Source: Ginglymostoma cirratum (lineage: Eukaryota). From it: DNA of 64,000 nt. The stretch lies in the NCBI GenBank assembly GCA_024137785.1, contig JAHRHZ010000095.1, forward strand, positions 124,001 to 188,000, given 5' to 3'. Numbering within the stretch: position 1 is the first letter of the stretch; every line of letters begins with the position of its first letter. The position numbers were made by a program, and so were the translations under genes. The notes below the pieces were generated by a model. That model saw only the letters and a program-made list of their open reading frames with translations. It did not search any database and was not told the origin of the DNA. Of this stretch, positions 13,756 through 27,729 are shown piece by piece.

Positions 13756-14556
13756 TAAGGCAATATATGGCATTCTGAGATCTGATTACCACTGAGGAAT
13801 ATTTTATTTGGTAATTGTTAAATGGTATTTTGAGATGGAAAGTCTTGTATGTCCAGGGGATGGAATCCCAGCACTTCAGGTGTTTTGAAGTAGGAAAACA
13901 CATATCAAATGTGCTTACTGAAATTCGTCCATTGTAAATGGATTTGCTAGGACCATTCCCGCCCTAGGTAAAGTTCAATCCTGCTGGGCATGCAGTGTGT
14001 AGACTGTAAAATGAACATGCACCATTGGAACGAAATTGAGTTCCATTGTTTAGAGTATCCCATTCCTTAGGATGTACATTGTGGATCTATCTTGGGGAAA
14101 CTCAAAAGTTGAAGAAATGCTGAGAAACTTTACAATTTTAAGGCACAATACATGAAGGAATGAGAGAAACTGACAGGATCAGTATAAGACTTTCAGACTT
14201 ATTAGATTCATTGTGCAGTTGGCTAAGAAATATTTATCAGTCATGTTTTTGCATTTCTAGATTGAACAACAGTAAGCATGAACTTACACTTGTGATAGTT
14301 TAAAACCATCACACTTACAAGGATGCCAAGAGTCAGCTTTTTAGCTTGTTATTCAGCTGTTCTGTGAAGATTTGAGCAGATGTTATCACTTTGGAGAGTT
14401 GAGGATCTTCTGAATTTTTGCCCTGAATATGTTGTGCCTCAGCAAAGAAAAGGTTGCTTTGCTATGAATAAATTGAAAGATGTAATTAAAAATCATACAC
14501 CGTTCATTCTTGGGTAACTGCACATGGATCAAGGGAAGTAGTTATGTTTCCACCAA

Positions 14557-14680
14557 TGTTGAACTGTGGAGTGCTGTGTGCCTGACCATGGCTCATTGTT
14601 GAATTGTGGAGTCCTGTGTGTGACTGTATCGGTTAATGGTAGAATTCTGTTTGTGCCTAAGCATTGCTGAATTGTAAAGT
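14557..14680. repeat. Degenerate tandem repeat (~40-bp unit, about 3 copies)
   Basis: Recurring tgttgaa(c/t)tgtggagt.ctgtgtg units. Confidence 0.6.
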
Positions 14681-14715
14681 ATCTGGAAGTTCTGCAGATG
14701 ATTTAGATGGATAAT

Positions 14716-14731
14716 CAGCGCCCCCTGCTGA
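14716..14731 (-). promoter_or_regulatory. Candidate CTCF-binding site
   Basis: The reverse complement TCAGCAGGGGGCGCTG closely matches the CTCF core CCASYAGRKGGCRS, in an otherwise AT-rich context. Confidence 0.5.
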
Positions 14732-15342
14732 ATTGTCAGTTTTCAGTTGCCTGGATGTCTCAATATGGTTTACGCATTCAGCGTACATTTGAACTTTAGA
14801 AATATTTGATGCCTTGGGCATTTACAGATTAAAGATTTGTGTGGGAATCTGGGGATTAAATAATTCTTTGGAACATGTGAACCTTATAAAATTCAAAACT
14901 GGGACAAAAGATTTGTGTGGGAATGTGCAACAATTATTTTTTAAGAAACCTCTGGTACAAACCACTGACAATAACTACGATATATTTAGTGACCTAATTA
15001 CTCAGAAACCCACCGTCACACTCAATTGCTGTTTTCCCCACATGGTGCTGTACCTCTTGTTTATATGGCATCTGATCCGATGTTTGTACCTTCATTATTG
15101 TGGTGCTAACTCTCTCATACAAAGGCGTTGTATCCTACTTTTTCACTTCTGAAGAACGTATAGCAGAGATGATCAGTGATATTTCCAGTTATTGTCCATC
15201 TTTATTATCTTTATCCAGATAGCGATCTGGAGCCTCTTAACTTTATGTAACAGTCACAAATAAGGAAGCTTCTGATCTGACAATTTTGTGGAGTAGGATG
15301 TGTTATACATATTTTCACTACTTTTGTCTTTGTCTCCTTTAG

Positions 15343-15417
15343 GCCAAGTTTGCTATTCAGAGAGGTGCCACAGCAGTGATTTTTGATGTAACAGATGATG
15401 CAAGTGCTGTGGGTCAG
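15343..15417 (+). CDS. RNF43: RNF43 coding exon (PA domain), AKFAIQRGATAVIFDVTDDASAVGQ
   Basis: 75-bp phase 0/0 exon with AG and GTAAG boundaries; matches the RNF43/ZNRF3 RGAxAVxFD motif. Confidence 0.93.
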
Positions 15418-15849
15418 GTAAGATAAGTATTCACTGCCACTGTCATTAACAGCAATCAACAGGCTGCACAACCTGGGAATAATTTGGGGAAAATATGATC
15501 TTTCGTTAAAGTTCATTTTTCTACAACTCAACAAAAGCAACTGATTGTCACCTCTCACCAGAAGTGTAATGTAAGTGCACACCTTTCCAAACATAGATCC
15601 TAGTCATCCAATTCGTTACTGAGGAGTTCCCATCACTGAACAGACGATATCTCGAATTCTTTGGGAACTTTTATTGAAACCATGTTTATTTCCAGTTGAG
15701 CATTTAATGACTTCTGTGGAGATGGACATCCACAACAAGTTTTAACAAGGTCCCAAAACCAGTCATGGGTGCAACAAATGAAGAATGTTAGTTAATTCAA
15801 GGGAAAAACATCCTGTTATTCTCCAGATTTTGGCACAGACCCTTAACAT

Positions 15850-16390
15850 TGTTCTGAACCTCCAGAACAGGGAAGACAGGATGTCACTTTATCATGGAGC
15901 CTCCCTATCTATGGAGGCATATAAATAATAATAGCAACACCATCCAGGATGAATTTTGAATTCAACCCCTTTTGATTGGCATCCTGTCCATCACATCAAA
16001 CACTCACTGGTATCACCACCATCTTGGCTACAGTGTGTACTATTTTGAAGATATGCTGCAAAATCCACCAAGATTTTACTTTCAGTAGCACCTCCCAAAT
16101 CTACAACTTGTACCAATTTCAAAGGACAAGGGCAGCAGACACAAGGGGACATCACCACTTGCAAATTCCAATCTAAGCCACACGTGATCCTGCATTGGAA
16201 ATATTTTGTGGTTCCTTCATTGTAGTTGGGTCGAAGTTCAGGACTTTCTACCTAGTAGCTGCGTGGGAATGCCTTCAGATGAACTGCAAAGGTTCAATAA
16301 AGTGGCTCACCAACTTCTCAGGGGAGTTAGGGATAGGAAAGAACTGATGCCCAAACCAGCGCTGTCCACATCCCATAAACTGAAAAAAAA
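15850..16390 (+). mobile_element. 3' fragment of a CR1/L2-group LINE family (family X)
   Basis: Shares sequence with 38640-39620 and 48085-48870 (caccatccagga..ttgattggca..; aaggacaagggcagcaga). Confidence 0.6.
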
Positions 16391-18832
16391 AAGCCTCTGT
16401 TTAATATCTGAGTAGAAGGACCATACTTATGACAAAGCAGCACTTAGTATAAATACCACTGAAGTATCACCCTAAACTATGGCCTCTGTCCAGAATGCAG
16501 ATCAAGCTTTCAACCTCCATAGACGCAAGAAGGCTATGACTGAGCATGTCTACTACAGAAGTAAAAATCCAAAAACATCAAATATTGCACTTTTGGGTCC
16601 CTTAGTTTAAGCACACACTGAACTGTACAACTGTTCACAACTTGAACACCAAACATTCAGCACTAAGACACACTCATCAGTTCAAGGGTGGATTCTGTTT
16701 TGAAGAGGCTAATTGTAAGAAAGTGGCAAATTATGCAATGGCATGAAGGAATAATGGCAAAGATCAGCTCTTTGAACATTGATATGTGGACATGTGTGAG
16801 TAAAATGCAGCTTTCTCCAATCTGTTACTTTAGCATCATGAGGGGTGGTTGGACTGAACAGGAAAATGTAAGTAGTTCAAAGAGTGTCGCATTTATATAA
16901 CCAGATGTGTGAGATAAACAGGATTAGATTTGTAGATTAGATATTGATACTAATTACAAGTTTGTGTTGTGCCAAGAATTTAAAGCTAAGAGGCATAATT
17001 CAAATTCTATAAAAATAATGTCCAACGTGGATAAATACTTGTATATTATGGAAGAACTGGCTTATTCATTTGAGCTGAGAGCCCACATACTAACTACTAT
17101 AGTTAAATCAGTGAATGGGTGGTACATGTGGTGAGAACTATTCTAAGCTTCACTAGGCATATGACTTTCATATGAGAAACTGAAGTCAATCTGACTTCAG
17201 GACTTTTGTTACACTGAGCAATCAAGTACTAACAGATGGGAAAGCAACACAAAAATCCATTTTTTAAAGGAAAAGACCATTTGGCCAAAATTATTTGTCC
17301 TGCTTTCTGAGTTCAACCAGACCTATGTTTCTGAAGAAACTTATCAAATTGTCTTAACCCCACTGAAATCATTTGCTCAATGTCCTTCTGTAGTAATGTA
17401 GTTAATTAGAGAGCACAGTGAGGAGATTTGAGGAGTTCAAACCTTGACGTTGACATTCTATAAATGTTAATAATTTGGTTACTGTTTCTGTAATTATCAA
17501 AAAGTGGGGTCAATCCCTGTTTTTATGAAAACTGAAGCCTTTACTAAAATGAACAAGTTGCTTGGACGTTTTTTTTTAAATTAATGATAGCACAGAATAA
17601 TCACGTCAAACCCAATAATAGCTTCGGATTGTAAAGCTACCACAAAGAAACTAGGGATACCATGGAAATGGAGGGACTCACCACTGGGCTTATTAAAGTG
17701 TGCTTTGAAGCTAAGATCAAGAGTATACCATGGAGGATGCAATAAATATTAACAGTGGGGAATAATGGAAACCTGTTAAAACTTTGTGACGGGAAAGAAA
17801 ACAGAAAATGTGAAGACCAACACCATAGTAGTTGATTAAGGCGATCATAAAAGATGACTGAGAACCTTGTATAAGTTGGTTGTGGATGTTTTCAATCTGT
17901 TAGAATGTAAAAGGAAAGCTAAAAGTTGATTGTGAGGGGAAATCAAAAGATTCTAAGTAGCTTATGGGATATTCAAGCTCCAACGGACCCTTCGGGTGAA
18001 CCAACTGATTGTAACATAACGGATCAAGAAATTATGGCTGATGTTCCTTCATCAGGCAATTTTCATATTAAGTCTGAAGTTGATCATGCAGATCAGGGAC
18101 ACGCATCTCTTGAATAAAGAGGTCTCGCTACGCCACCTGTTAAAGAGCATCATAGACTCTTCAGAGAGATAAGGAAGCTTACTTCAAGACTGTAGCTAAT
18201 GCTGATGCAAGTTTCATAAGTGCTGGAGCTGTTTGAGAAGAAGACTTTTCATCTAATCCTACAACTGAAAAGTTAATATGTAGTACTGGTAGTAAGGGAA
18301 ATAATTGGTCATTTAATGAGCAGTGTGGTTGAGTGTACAGTCTGGACAAGCTGTAATCAGTATTGTATTCGGCTGTGGGATTCAGATTCTCTCTCTTGCT
18401 GTCTCCACGAGTTGTGTGTTCAGTTTCATGGGGATATGCAGAGTTTACCCATAATGTTCAGTGTTAATGGAATTCTTGTAGCCTTATTGTCCTGTCTTTT
18501 TCTTTAAGAAACATAGGTAAATTCTGCCTCTCTTACTGTGAAAATGAGTCTATGCCAATTTGTAATCCATCTGTGTTTTTATATCATATTGCCCTGAATG
18601 TTGAAGCCTATTTGCATTTGTAAACACTACATTTCTTTTGTCTCCTTGCCATTGGGGTGGTGAACATTTCAAGGAGTGTAAAGCATCAAGTTGTAGACAG
18701 TCTCTGTTAATTCTGTGTTGGTAAAATTTAAATTACAAGTGAAATGCCTGTGAGTATTGCTGAATACAAGATAATTAATCAATCCTCAAATAAGACACTC
18801 CTTTACATGGCTTTTCCTCCTCCTCCTGGTAG

Positions 18833-18973
18833 CTGAAACAGAATCAAGAGGATCTTTTGCCTCGTCCAGTTATCCTGATCCAAGGCCGGGATGCTACCCA
18901 GCTGATGAAGGTCATCAACACCAACGGCGAAGCAGTGGTCAGGATTCATGTCAAGAGTGACAGACTGGGTCGG
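18833..18973 (+). CDS. RNF43: RNF43 coding exon (end of PA domain), LKQNQEDLLPRPVILIQGRDATQLMKVINTNGEAVVRIHVKSDRLGR
   Basis: 141-bp open exon with TAG/GTAAGT boundaries; PVxxIxGxDAxxLM motif of RNF43/ZNRF3. Confidence 0.93.
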
Positions 18974-21548
18974 GTAAGTGTTATGTCAGAAATACGTACC
19001 TCAAGCTCAGCTAAAGACTTGTAGGTCAAGAGGGTGTATTCTTATTAACTATGGATTTGTGTAAGATCCCAAGTCCTGTGTATGCAACCCGACACCAGCA
19101 CAGAACCACATTCAGCCTGGGGACCCACTCAGCCTTCCTGCTGTTTCATCATTTTGGCACATTGTCTAATTAGCAGTAGGTTCATAATATTCAAGTACTG
19201 ATCTGCCTACTCTTGCCTCTTCATTAATGGTTACCTACAGTATCACCTGCAAAGCATTTTCAAGTAACTTATTCAGAATTAATTTCCAACTATTTTCACA
19301 GAGATCGTAAAATTAGGCCACCAAGTGAGCAGGAGGATGTGAGGCTATTGACATAAACTGTATATAAACCTTTTGTGAAATACTTGGTTCTAAAGCCTCT
19401 AAGACAGATGTGGCTTCACCAAGCTAATTATCCCATAACTAATGTGTGGATGGATGTTTCCTGGGGTCTGTCTTTAAGACAGCCTCAAAGTAATTCCCCA
19501 TTGTATATGGTTTTCAATAGAAAGTCTAAAACATTCTAACTAAATCTGGAAGATCTAAGATTGAGGTGGGAAATGTGACTACAGGCTGTAAGCACTTTAA
19601 GATAAACAAAAACCCTTCTCTATTCATTCAACTAAGAGCATTTCCTGAAGCCTTCATTTATTCAGTCGAATAATACTGACCCTCATCAAGCCTACAATGC
19701 CATTCTCACGTAGTCAAAGCTTTATCAGGTTAAAATATTCCAAAATTGGGATAATTCAGGCAAATTATGATCCCAGCTATGTTGGTTGGATTGGATGGAC
19801 TCGCAGGTTACATGTTAAGTAGGTGGGGAAAAAACATGATTTAACGACTCATTCCCTTAACCCATCCACCATTCGTTAAACTTTGACGTATTTTTGTGTG
19901 TTTTAACCTCCTGTTGTGTGGGCTCGTTTTGGGGAAGGGAGATCACATGTGAGCCTTGAATATCTATCACTAAAAGCCAGAGCTATGGGTCAGCGTGAAA
20001 TACTTTCTTACAGGGAATTTGACATTTCTGAGATCTCTTTAAAAAATAAAATCTATAACTTTCCATGGTACGCCAGCCTGTCTCTGTAAAGATTAATCCT
20101 GATTGATGTTTTCATAAATTACCCCACAGAGACTTTTAGAAACAAAGTTTATCACTTTCCAATGAGCAATTCCACCGATTACCTTTCCTCTGCAGAAATA
20201 CATTTAATTGTCTCTATAACCATTTTATACCACCTGCCTTAATGCCCTTTCCCTCACACCTTGTTTCCCCCATTATACTTTGGGTCATTTAAGTACCTTC
20301 AGCATTCTTCCACCAGCACTCTGAAGTTCTATCCCTTAAAAACTTTGCCCGTTTGCCATCTCTTTCCCTGCTGCCCAAAAGATTGTCTTCATTCACTTCT
20401 CCTAAATCCTCTATCATGATTGCTCCCTTCCTCTTCACCACTTGTGAAACCTTGTAGAAGTATTTTTAACCTAGAATGTAAACCATTCAGCACAGTGAGT
20501 AATGTAACTGGACCAATTTTGCTAATTCCCTTTATTTGAAAAACTTTGTTTAGGTCAGCTGAAAATTCCTTTTCCAATAGAAAACAAATCCAATATCTAT
20601 AACCTGTCCTAGTATCTTAAATTGCCAATATCCAGAATCACATATGTTAACCTTCTTTTCCTTCTGAAAAGCAACAGTATTCTTCTGGTTATTGAGTGCT
20701 TTGAACTGCATGTGTCAAATGGGGCATGGGAGGGAATTGAAGGCTGGAACACAGAAGTACATACAAATTCTGACCATTGAAGACTATATCATAAATAACT
20801 GAGTTGAGGGTCACATTCCAATAAGTAGAGCTTTAGCTGCTATAAGTATGAATTGTATCCTTTTCCTTTCCTGTGATCAGCCTTCAGGCAGCTCAGTATT
20901 GGGTTGCTAACTGTTGCTACCTTCCATTATACGAGATGAGACTTGCACGCCTCAGCTACATACTACACATTTGTTTAATTTCTCTTACACAGCAATTCTA
21001 TCAAGTTGCAAATGTGTAGGTGATGGGGAGTGAGTAACAGACAGCTAGTAACTACTGGTAATTATCTTTGATAATTCTGTGACACATTCAGTCTGCAAAG
21101 TATTCTTGGAAATGGTTCCCTGACTGTGTGCCTTCTCCAGTAATGTAATGATGATTTGCTGTCATGGTTTTCTGAATTATTCCTCTGATATTTGTCATCC
21201 ACTCATCTACTAAAAAGGTGATCTGTTGTCCCATGAGAGAAAATTACAAGGGTTGTGATTCCTGTGAAAATTTCTTCAGCACTTAGTCTTGCACACCAGG
21301 TAATGTTCATTATTGTAATACTCAGAACTGAGTGTTTATACCTTTTCTCCCCACCCTCATGCACCCTCATTACTTCCTTAGAGCTTTATTTTTCAAACTG
21401 AACCCGAGATGTTTAATGCCATTTTTAAGATTTTGTTCACTTCATTAGGCCTCTTGTGCTTGTCATTTTTTAACTGAGCCAGTGTTATGCCAAATGATAG
21501 AATAACCTCTAGGTTTCAATCAGTAATCTCTCTTTCTCTCCTCTTCAG

Positions 21549-21650
21549 CCCGCCTACGATGTGGGGATCCTCATGACCCTGATTGTGGCTTTCTCAGTAG
21601 TTGTCATGATCCTGGCGGTGCGAATCAAGTGCAAGCAGAACAGGACTCGG
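21549..21650 (+). CDS. RNF43: RNF43 transmembrane exon, PAYDVGILMTLIVAFSVVVMILAVRIKCKQNRTR
   Basis: 102-bp exon with CAG/GTGAG boundaries; PxYDVxILMT resembles RNF43; hydrophobic helix followed by a basic stop-transfer segment. Confidence 0.95.
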
Positions 21651-22180
21651 GTGAGAGTAGTGCCCTCCAATTTATAGCAGTCTCAGCTGTTAGTTTTCTG
21701 TTAAACTTTAGTCCAGTCGTGTCACTTTGCTTTGGTTTGCATCAGTGAATACTTAATGTTCCTGCATTCACAACTACTCAGGATCTATGTTGTTACCATT
21801 GTGGTACTGATTCAAATTTGGGTTTTGAATTATGCCCTAATAACACTTGTGTTTTCTGAAGGGAGACAAAATACAAATCTGCCAGCCTAAGAGTTGTTTA
21901 ACTGCTTACAATGTGGCGGCAAACTCTCCAGGCTCGACGACTGCTTGGTTTTCGAAATTAAAATTTGATTCTGTTTGAGAGCAAGGTATGATAGAGACAG
22001 TTACAGAATTATTACAGAATTACAGAATCTCTGGGCTGTAAGCAGTGCTTACTGTACTAACAGCTCTGGGCTTCAGTTTCATGTTTGTCCAAGACCAATG
22101 CCATCGGGTTTGGAAAGCTGTAAAAACCCATATATTTTTTTCTATAAGCTGTTGGTACACACTGTAAATATTTCATACCC

Positions 22181-24460
22181 TGATTTGATTTGATTTATTG
22201 TAGTCACGTGTACCTCAGTACAGTGAAAAACTTTGTCTTGCCAGCAGTACAGGCAGATCATATTAAGCAAGGACATACAGATCGTAGAGTGCTGAGATAG
22301 AGTGAGGCATACAGGTTACAGGCACAGGAGGTGCACAAAGCAAGATTTAACATTATTTGAATTTAGAGAGGCCATTCATTAGTCTAATAGCAGCAGGGAA
22401 GAAGCGGTTCTTGAATCTGTTGGCGCATGTGTTCAAGCTTCTGTATCTTCTGCCTTACTGAAGAGGTTAGAAGAGAGCATTTGCCGGGGTGCAACAGGTC
22501 TTTGATGATGTTGGCAGTCTTTCTGCAGCAATGAGAAGTGTAAATGGAGTCCATGGATGGGAGATTGGATTCCATGATGGTCTGGACTGTGCACATAACC
22601 TTATGTAGTTTCTCATGCTCCTGAGCAGAGCAGTTGCCATACCAGGCCGTTATGCACCCGGACAGTATGCTTTCTATGCTGCATCTGTAGAAGTTGGTGA
22701 GGGACCTTATGGACATGTCGAATTTCCTAAGCCACCTGAGGAAGAAGAGGTGTTGTTGTGCCTTCTTGACTGTTGCCTCTACGTGCAAAGTCCAGGACAG
22801 GATGTCAGTTATTGTCACTCTGAGAAACCTGATGCTCCAACCCCCTCTCTGTTGATGTAGATAGAGGCATGTTCTCCTCCTTTCTTCCTGAAGTCAGTTA
22901 CTGACATTGAGAGAGAGGTAGTTATCATTGCACCACAACACCAAGCCCTCTATCTCCTTTCTGTATTCTGACTCATTGTTATTTGATATCCATCCTACCA
23001 CAATGGTGTCCTCAGCAAACATGTAGATGGCCATGTAGATGGCATTTGTTCGGAGTCTGTCTACACAGTCGTGGGTGTACAGGGAGTACAGCAGGGGCTG
23101 GAATACATCCTTGGGGAGGGTTCCAATATTGAGGATTATTGTGGAGGAGGTGCAGTTGTCTATCTTCACTGATTGTAGTCTGTGGGTCAGGAAGCTGAGG
23201 ATTTACTTGCAGAGGGTGGAGCCCAGACCTAGGTCTCGGAGTTTTGAGATCAGTCTGGAGGGAATTATGGTGTTGAAAGCGGAGCTGTAGTCGATGAGCA
23301 GGGGTCTGACATAGATGTCCTAGTTGTCCACATGTTCCAGGGATGAGTGCAGGGCTAGAGAAATGGCGTCCGCTCTGGACCTGTTACATTGGCAGCCTCT
23401 GAAAGCACTTGATGATAATGGAAGTCAGAGCCACTGTGCGGTAGTCATTAAGGCACATTGCATGTGCTTTCTTTGGTCCTGGGATGATGGTAGTCTTGAA
23501 CCAGGTAGGGACTTTGGCTTATAGGAGGGACAGGTTGAAGATGTCACTGAATACCTCCGCCAGCTGTTCCACACAGGATCTAAGTGCACGGCCAGGGACT
23601 CTGTCCAGTCCTGTCGCTTTCCTCGGGTTGACTCTCGGGAAGACTGATCTGATGTCTGCTGTGGTGACAGAGGGAACAGGTGCATTCGGGGCTGTCGGGA
23701 CAGGTGACACTGTGCCCCTGGCATTCTGCTTGAAGCAAGCAAAGAAAGCATTGAGCACATCAGGGAGGGATATATTTTTGTCAGCTATCTTGCTTTGCTT
23801 CATTTTGTATCCCGTTATGTTGTTTAGGCCTTGCCACAGGTGGCGGGTGTCCGGATGGTAGGTTTGGGCCTCTAACTTGGTCTGGAACTACCTCTTGGCA
23901 TCTCTGCTGGCTTTGCAGAATCATATCTGGATTTTCTGTATAGGGCTGAGTCTTCCGACTGGAATGCTGCATGCCTCATCTTCAATAGGCATTGGATTTC
24001 TGGTTCATCCAAAGTCTCCGGTTGGGAAACACTCTGATTGACATCTTTGGCACACAGTCCTCTACGCACTTGCTAATGAAGCCCGTGATGGTGGTGACGC
24101 ACTGGTCTAGGCTTTCTGCTGAGTACTTGAATACGGGTCCAGTCCACCGATTCCAACCAGTCCCGGAGAAGCTCTTCCACTGCCCTAGCCCAGCATTGTA
24201 TTACTTTCTGTGAAGGATCCTCCCGTTTCAGTTTTAGCTTATAAACTGGGAGGAGGAACACAGCACTGTGATCCGACTTTCTGAAGTGTGGACGGGGAAT
24301 GGAGTTTTGGTTGTGTAGCAGTAGTCCAGGATGTTCGGTCCTCCAGTGGGACAGGAAACGTGTTGGTAGTATTTTCACAGCACCATCTAGAGGTTGGACT
24401 GGTTAAAGTCGCCAGCCACGAAGAATAAGGTCTTGGGGAATTTGGAAGTGATAACTTGAC
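22181..24460 (-). mobile_element. Rex1/Babar-type LINE, decayed (endonuclease end, RT, 3' tail)
   Basis: - strand ORF pieces KKAQQHLFFLRWLRKF..LTNFYRCSIESILSGCITAWYGNC, PLLYSLYTHDC, KATGLDRVPGRALRSCVEQLAEVFSDIFNLSL and SDHSAVFLLP; 3' end AATAAA(TCAAA)n. Confidence 0.9.
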
Positions 24461-25098
24461 CAAGAAGGAGATGCTCCTCTTAGTTTCAGATTAAAGCATG
24501 AGATGCTTTATGGGATCTTTTCAATTCGATGCTTTAAGACTTCCTCGGAACCAAAAGACACAACAGATGATGAGCATTTAAAAAGGAACAGAGCAAGGGA
24601 ATGGAAAAGGAACCAACCACATGCACAGAAAAATAAATTGAATGGTTTTTAGCGTGCTCAGGTAGAGAATGAGAGACGGTCAAAATGATATTCAGAACGG
24701 AAAAAGGGAAGTAAGGTATGAATAAAGCATATGATGAGGCACTGGGTCTGAACAGTTAATGGAAAGGTTAAAAGGGAATTATGCAAACTGGCAAAGAGGA
24801 ACAGATTGAAGTGACCCAGGAGTGGAAGAGAAAAGTGGTTTTGCATAAAGGTTGCAGATGTGTTGTGACTGGAACATGTCCCTCACATACAACCTACTCA
24901 TTCTCCACTTACTTGACGATATAAGCATGTCCTCCCTCTAGTAACTCAAAGTAAACTGGAGGTGTAGTGAAGAGAAAAGATTGTTGAAGCCAAAGTTAAA
25001 ACTAAAAGACTGCTTATATCTCGTGGGAAGATGAGGTCAGTCATAGATTTTCTTTTCCCTTATTCAGTTTGGACCTTGAGCAAGCTTGTCATGTTTCC

Positions 25099-25385
25099 CA
25101 GGCCCTCTCCCCTCTCCCGAATCCCCTTCTCCCCTCACCCCTATCCCTGCTTCCTTCCCTCTCCCATCTCCTTCCCCCTTCACTCCCATTCCCCCTCTTC
25201 CCCCTCACCTCTGTCTCCCCTTCCCCCCAGCCCATCCCTTTCCCCTTGCCCTCCCACTCAACCCCCAGCCCCCTCTCCCTGTCCTTGCTCCCCAGCTCCC
25301 TTCCCCAACACCCTCCCTCGCCATCACCCCTTCCCCCTCTTCCCCCCCTTCCCCCTCTTCTCACTTCCTCCCTCTCCTCTCTAGC
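25099..25385. repeat. Long polypyrimidine (C/T-rich) low-complexity tract
   Basis: About 290 bp composed almost entirely of C and T; the overlapping Pro-rich and Gly/Arg-rich ORFs are compositional artefacts. Confidence 0.9.
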
Positions 25386-26114
25386 ATAAAAACCCCCATG
25401 TCCTCCTCTTCCAACTCAACTGCTCCTCTACTCAAATTGTCACCTAGCTTCAGTGTGATCCTGCAGCTAAATTTATCTGGAAATCTCTCATTCCCTTTCA
25501 TCTGTTATATCCAAAGGATGCAAAATTGAGCACATCTGTTGTACCATCAACGTAGTTAGTCATCCCTTGCTAGGTTACATCAAGTGGTATTAGAATGTCT
25601 CTCCTACAGCAAAATCACTCACTCAAAAGCAAATGACTCATTTTCTTTACTAAAGGCTGTACTGTTTATAAAGGCAATTTGTTGCAGCTAATTCTTCCAG
25701 CCCTGATAGAGTCAATAAAATTCCTCATAGTTACTGAAAGCTTTGCACGCCTGTGTCCCAGTCTTGACTTTCTAAATGTATGATGATCTTCCCCAGCCCT
25801 CAATCTCCCACATTCTCATGTGTAAATAAACACCTTTGAAAGCTGTCGGACCTGTATAATACAGGAGAGGTGATAACTCTGAATAATTTATGCTATTATA
25901 AATGAATGACTCTTGCTGATAATAATCCAAGAGTCCAAGGAGTATGGTGTTGCAGACTGGCTATTCAATTGTGTTGTGCTATTCAACTATTCAGGAGAGA
26001 ACTGTTCCAACTTCACAAATGATAGGTTGGGGTGCTCTTTGGAGGTTCAGTGTAGACTGGCTGGACCAAATGGTCTCTTTCTAGTCTATTCTCAATGTCA
26101 TCCTTTTTCAACAG

Positions 26115-26285
26115 AATTCCTTGCAGCAGCAGACTATCAATGCGATTAGCCAACTCGCCACCAGACGTTATCAATCACGGCGTCAGTCTCAGGGTCATGA
26201 GCATCAGAACAGCTTGGATTCACAGAGTAGCAATGTTTCGGAGCCAGTCTGTGCTATCTGCCTGGAGGAGTTTGCTGATGGGCAG
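26115..26285 (+). CDS. RNF43: RNF43 exon, linker and first half of RING-H2, [20 protein letters not shown]...[15 protein letters not shown]
   Basis: 171-bp exon with CAG/GTGAG boundaries; [11 protein letters not shown] and [10 protein letters not shown] are characteristic of RNF43 rather than ZNRF3. Confidence 0.97.
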
Positions 26286-26842
26286 GTGAGAAAAATCCAT
26301 AGTAGATTGAACTGGAAAGGCTGAATAACAGAAATCTTCATTGTCATAAATTGGCTTAATTTCTCATCCTGTTATCTTTCAGTGAATGTTTGTCCCCAAT
26401 TAGATTTTTGATTCTTGTTTATGTTACCATGTATTTGTATTTAAAATTTATTTGTACAATATATCGAAACATCGTGAGTTCTGGATTGTCAATGTGCAAA
26501 CTTCTACCATCTAAAAAGGATCAGATTACTAGTTTGAATTCTGGTATGAGAAGAAAGAACGGTGTTCTAGCTTGCCTTCCTAGTTTGCCTACCGGAGAGC
26601 AAGGAGATTTTGATCTGACTGGGCTTGAGTTAAAGCTACAATAAACCTTTGGTCATTAAATTCCTCTGATTTTTTTTTTAATATCACCTGTTGCATGATG
26701 CTCCAGCCTTCCTGAAGCTGATCCAGGATGTTTGGTAAAAGAATCTCACTCACAGTCCGCACTGCTCTGTTAAGTAGATGACTCTTGCTGTCCATGTGCC
26801 TTGTGTTCACCAGAATGCATTGCTTATCCTATGGTTGATTGA

Positions 26843-26974
<132 letters not shown>

Positions 26975-27729
26975 TAGTTTAGGCATTTTTGAGGAAAGCA
27001 GATGATGCTGTTGGTTTGGTAAATGGTAGGGGCAGAAATGGCTGGAATGAAACAGTCTGATGTAAATTGTAATTTACACGAAGCAGTGTCTGTGTCTCTG
27101 AAAGCAGTGACTTTGGTAGACCTAATATAAGTAGTACCTGTTTCATTCTAAGCTGTACTGAGACAGCAAGTGTGATTTTTACCTTACTAGCTGAAGTGAT
27201 ATCAGAACAGATCTGAAATCGTGCGGGCAATTTTCAAACAATTGAACTGAATAAAAATTGCTTTCCTCTCAGTCTTCAACAGCACTGTCTAATGCTGTGG
27301 TCAATGTTCACATTTGCTTCACTCTCATATAAAGCTAGAATGAATTTGGAGTAAAAGTGGCAACGTTCAAACCTCTGCTGTTGCTGCTGGTGGATTGTGA
27401 TTAAAATTACAAATGAATAAATGCTAAACAAGTCCAGTTTTACAGCTTTGGTTTGTTGCACAGCCCAATCTTTGAGAAGCCAAAGTAAATCATCTGCAAG
27501 CACATGCAGGGGTAGAATGTGTTCCAGGTCCAGCTGTAATGAAAATTGAGAGCTATGTCTAAGTTCACATGTGACTCAATGGCCTACCTTGTACTCATTG
27601 TTTTATAGACAAGTCCCATTCTGCCATAAAGCTGTAATGGCCCATGAGCTTTAGGAATGTAATTGAAGATCAAAGGAAATATTTGGCCTCAGTAGTTGCT
27701 AATGGTTCATTATTCCATTTTATTTTCAG

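Noticed and set aside
1-15342. Upstream RNF43 exons (signal peptide and HPLxLCN exon)
   Set aside because: No convincing match found by eye. ORF 5064..5309 and the CAG/GTAAGT at ~6673 show no RNF43 similarity; these exons probably lie before the window.
17926-18290. Possible Gypsy integrase C-terminal remnant (HRLFREIRKLTSRL)
   Set aside because: The resemblance is too weak to call without a profile search.
25031-25529. Pro-rich and Gly/Arg-rich ORFs
   Set aside because: Translation of a low-complexity pyrimidine tract in several frames.
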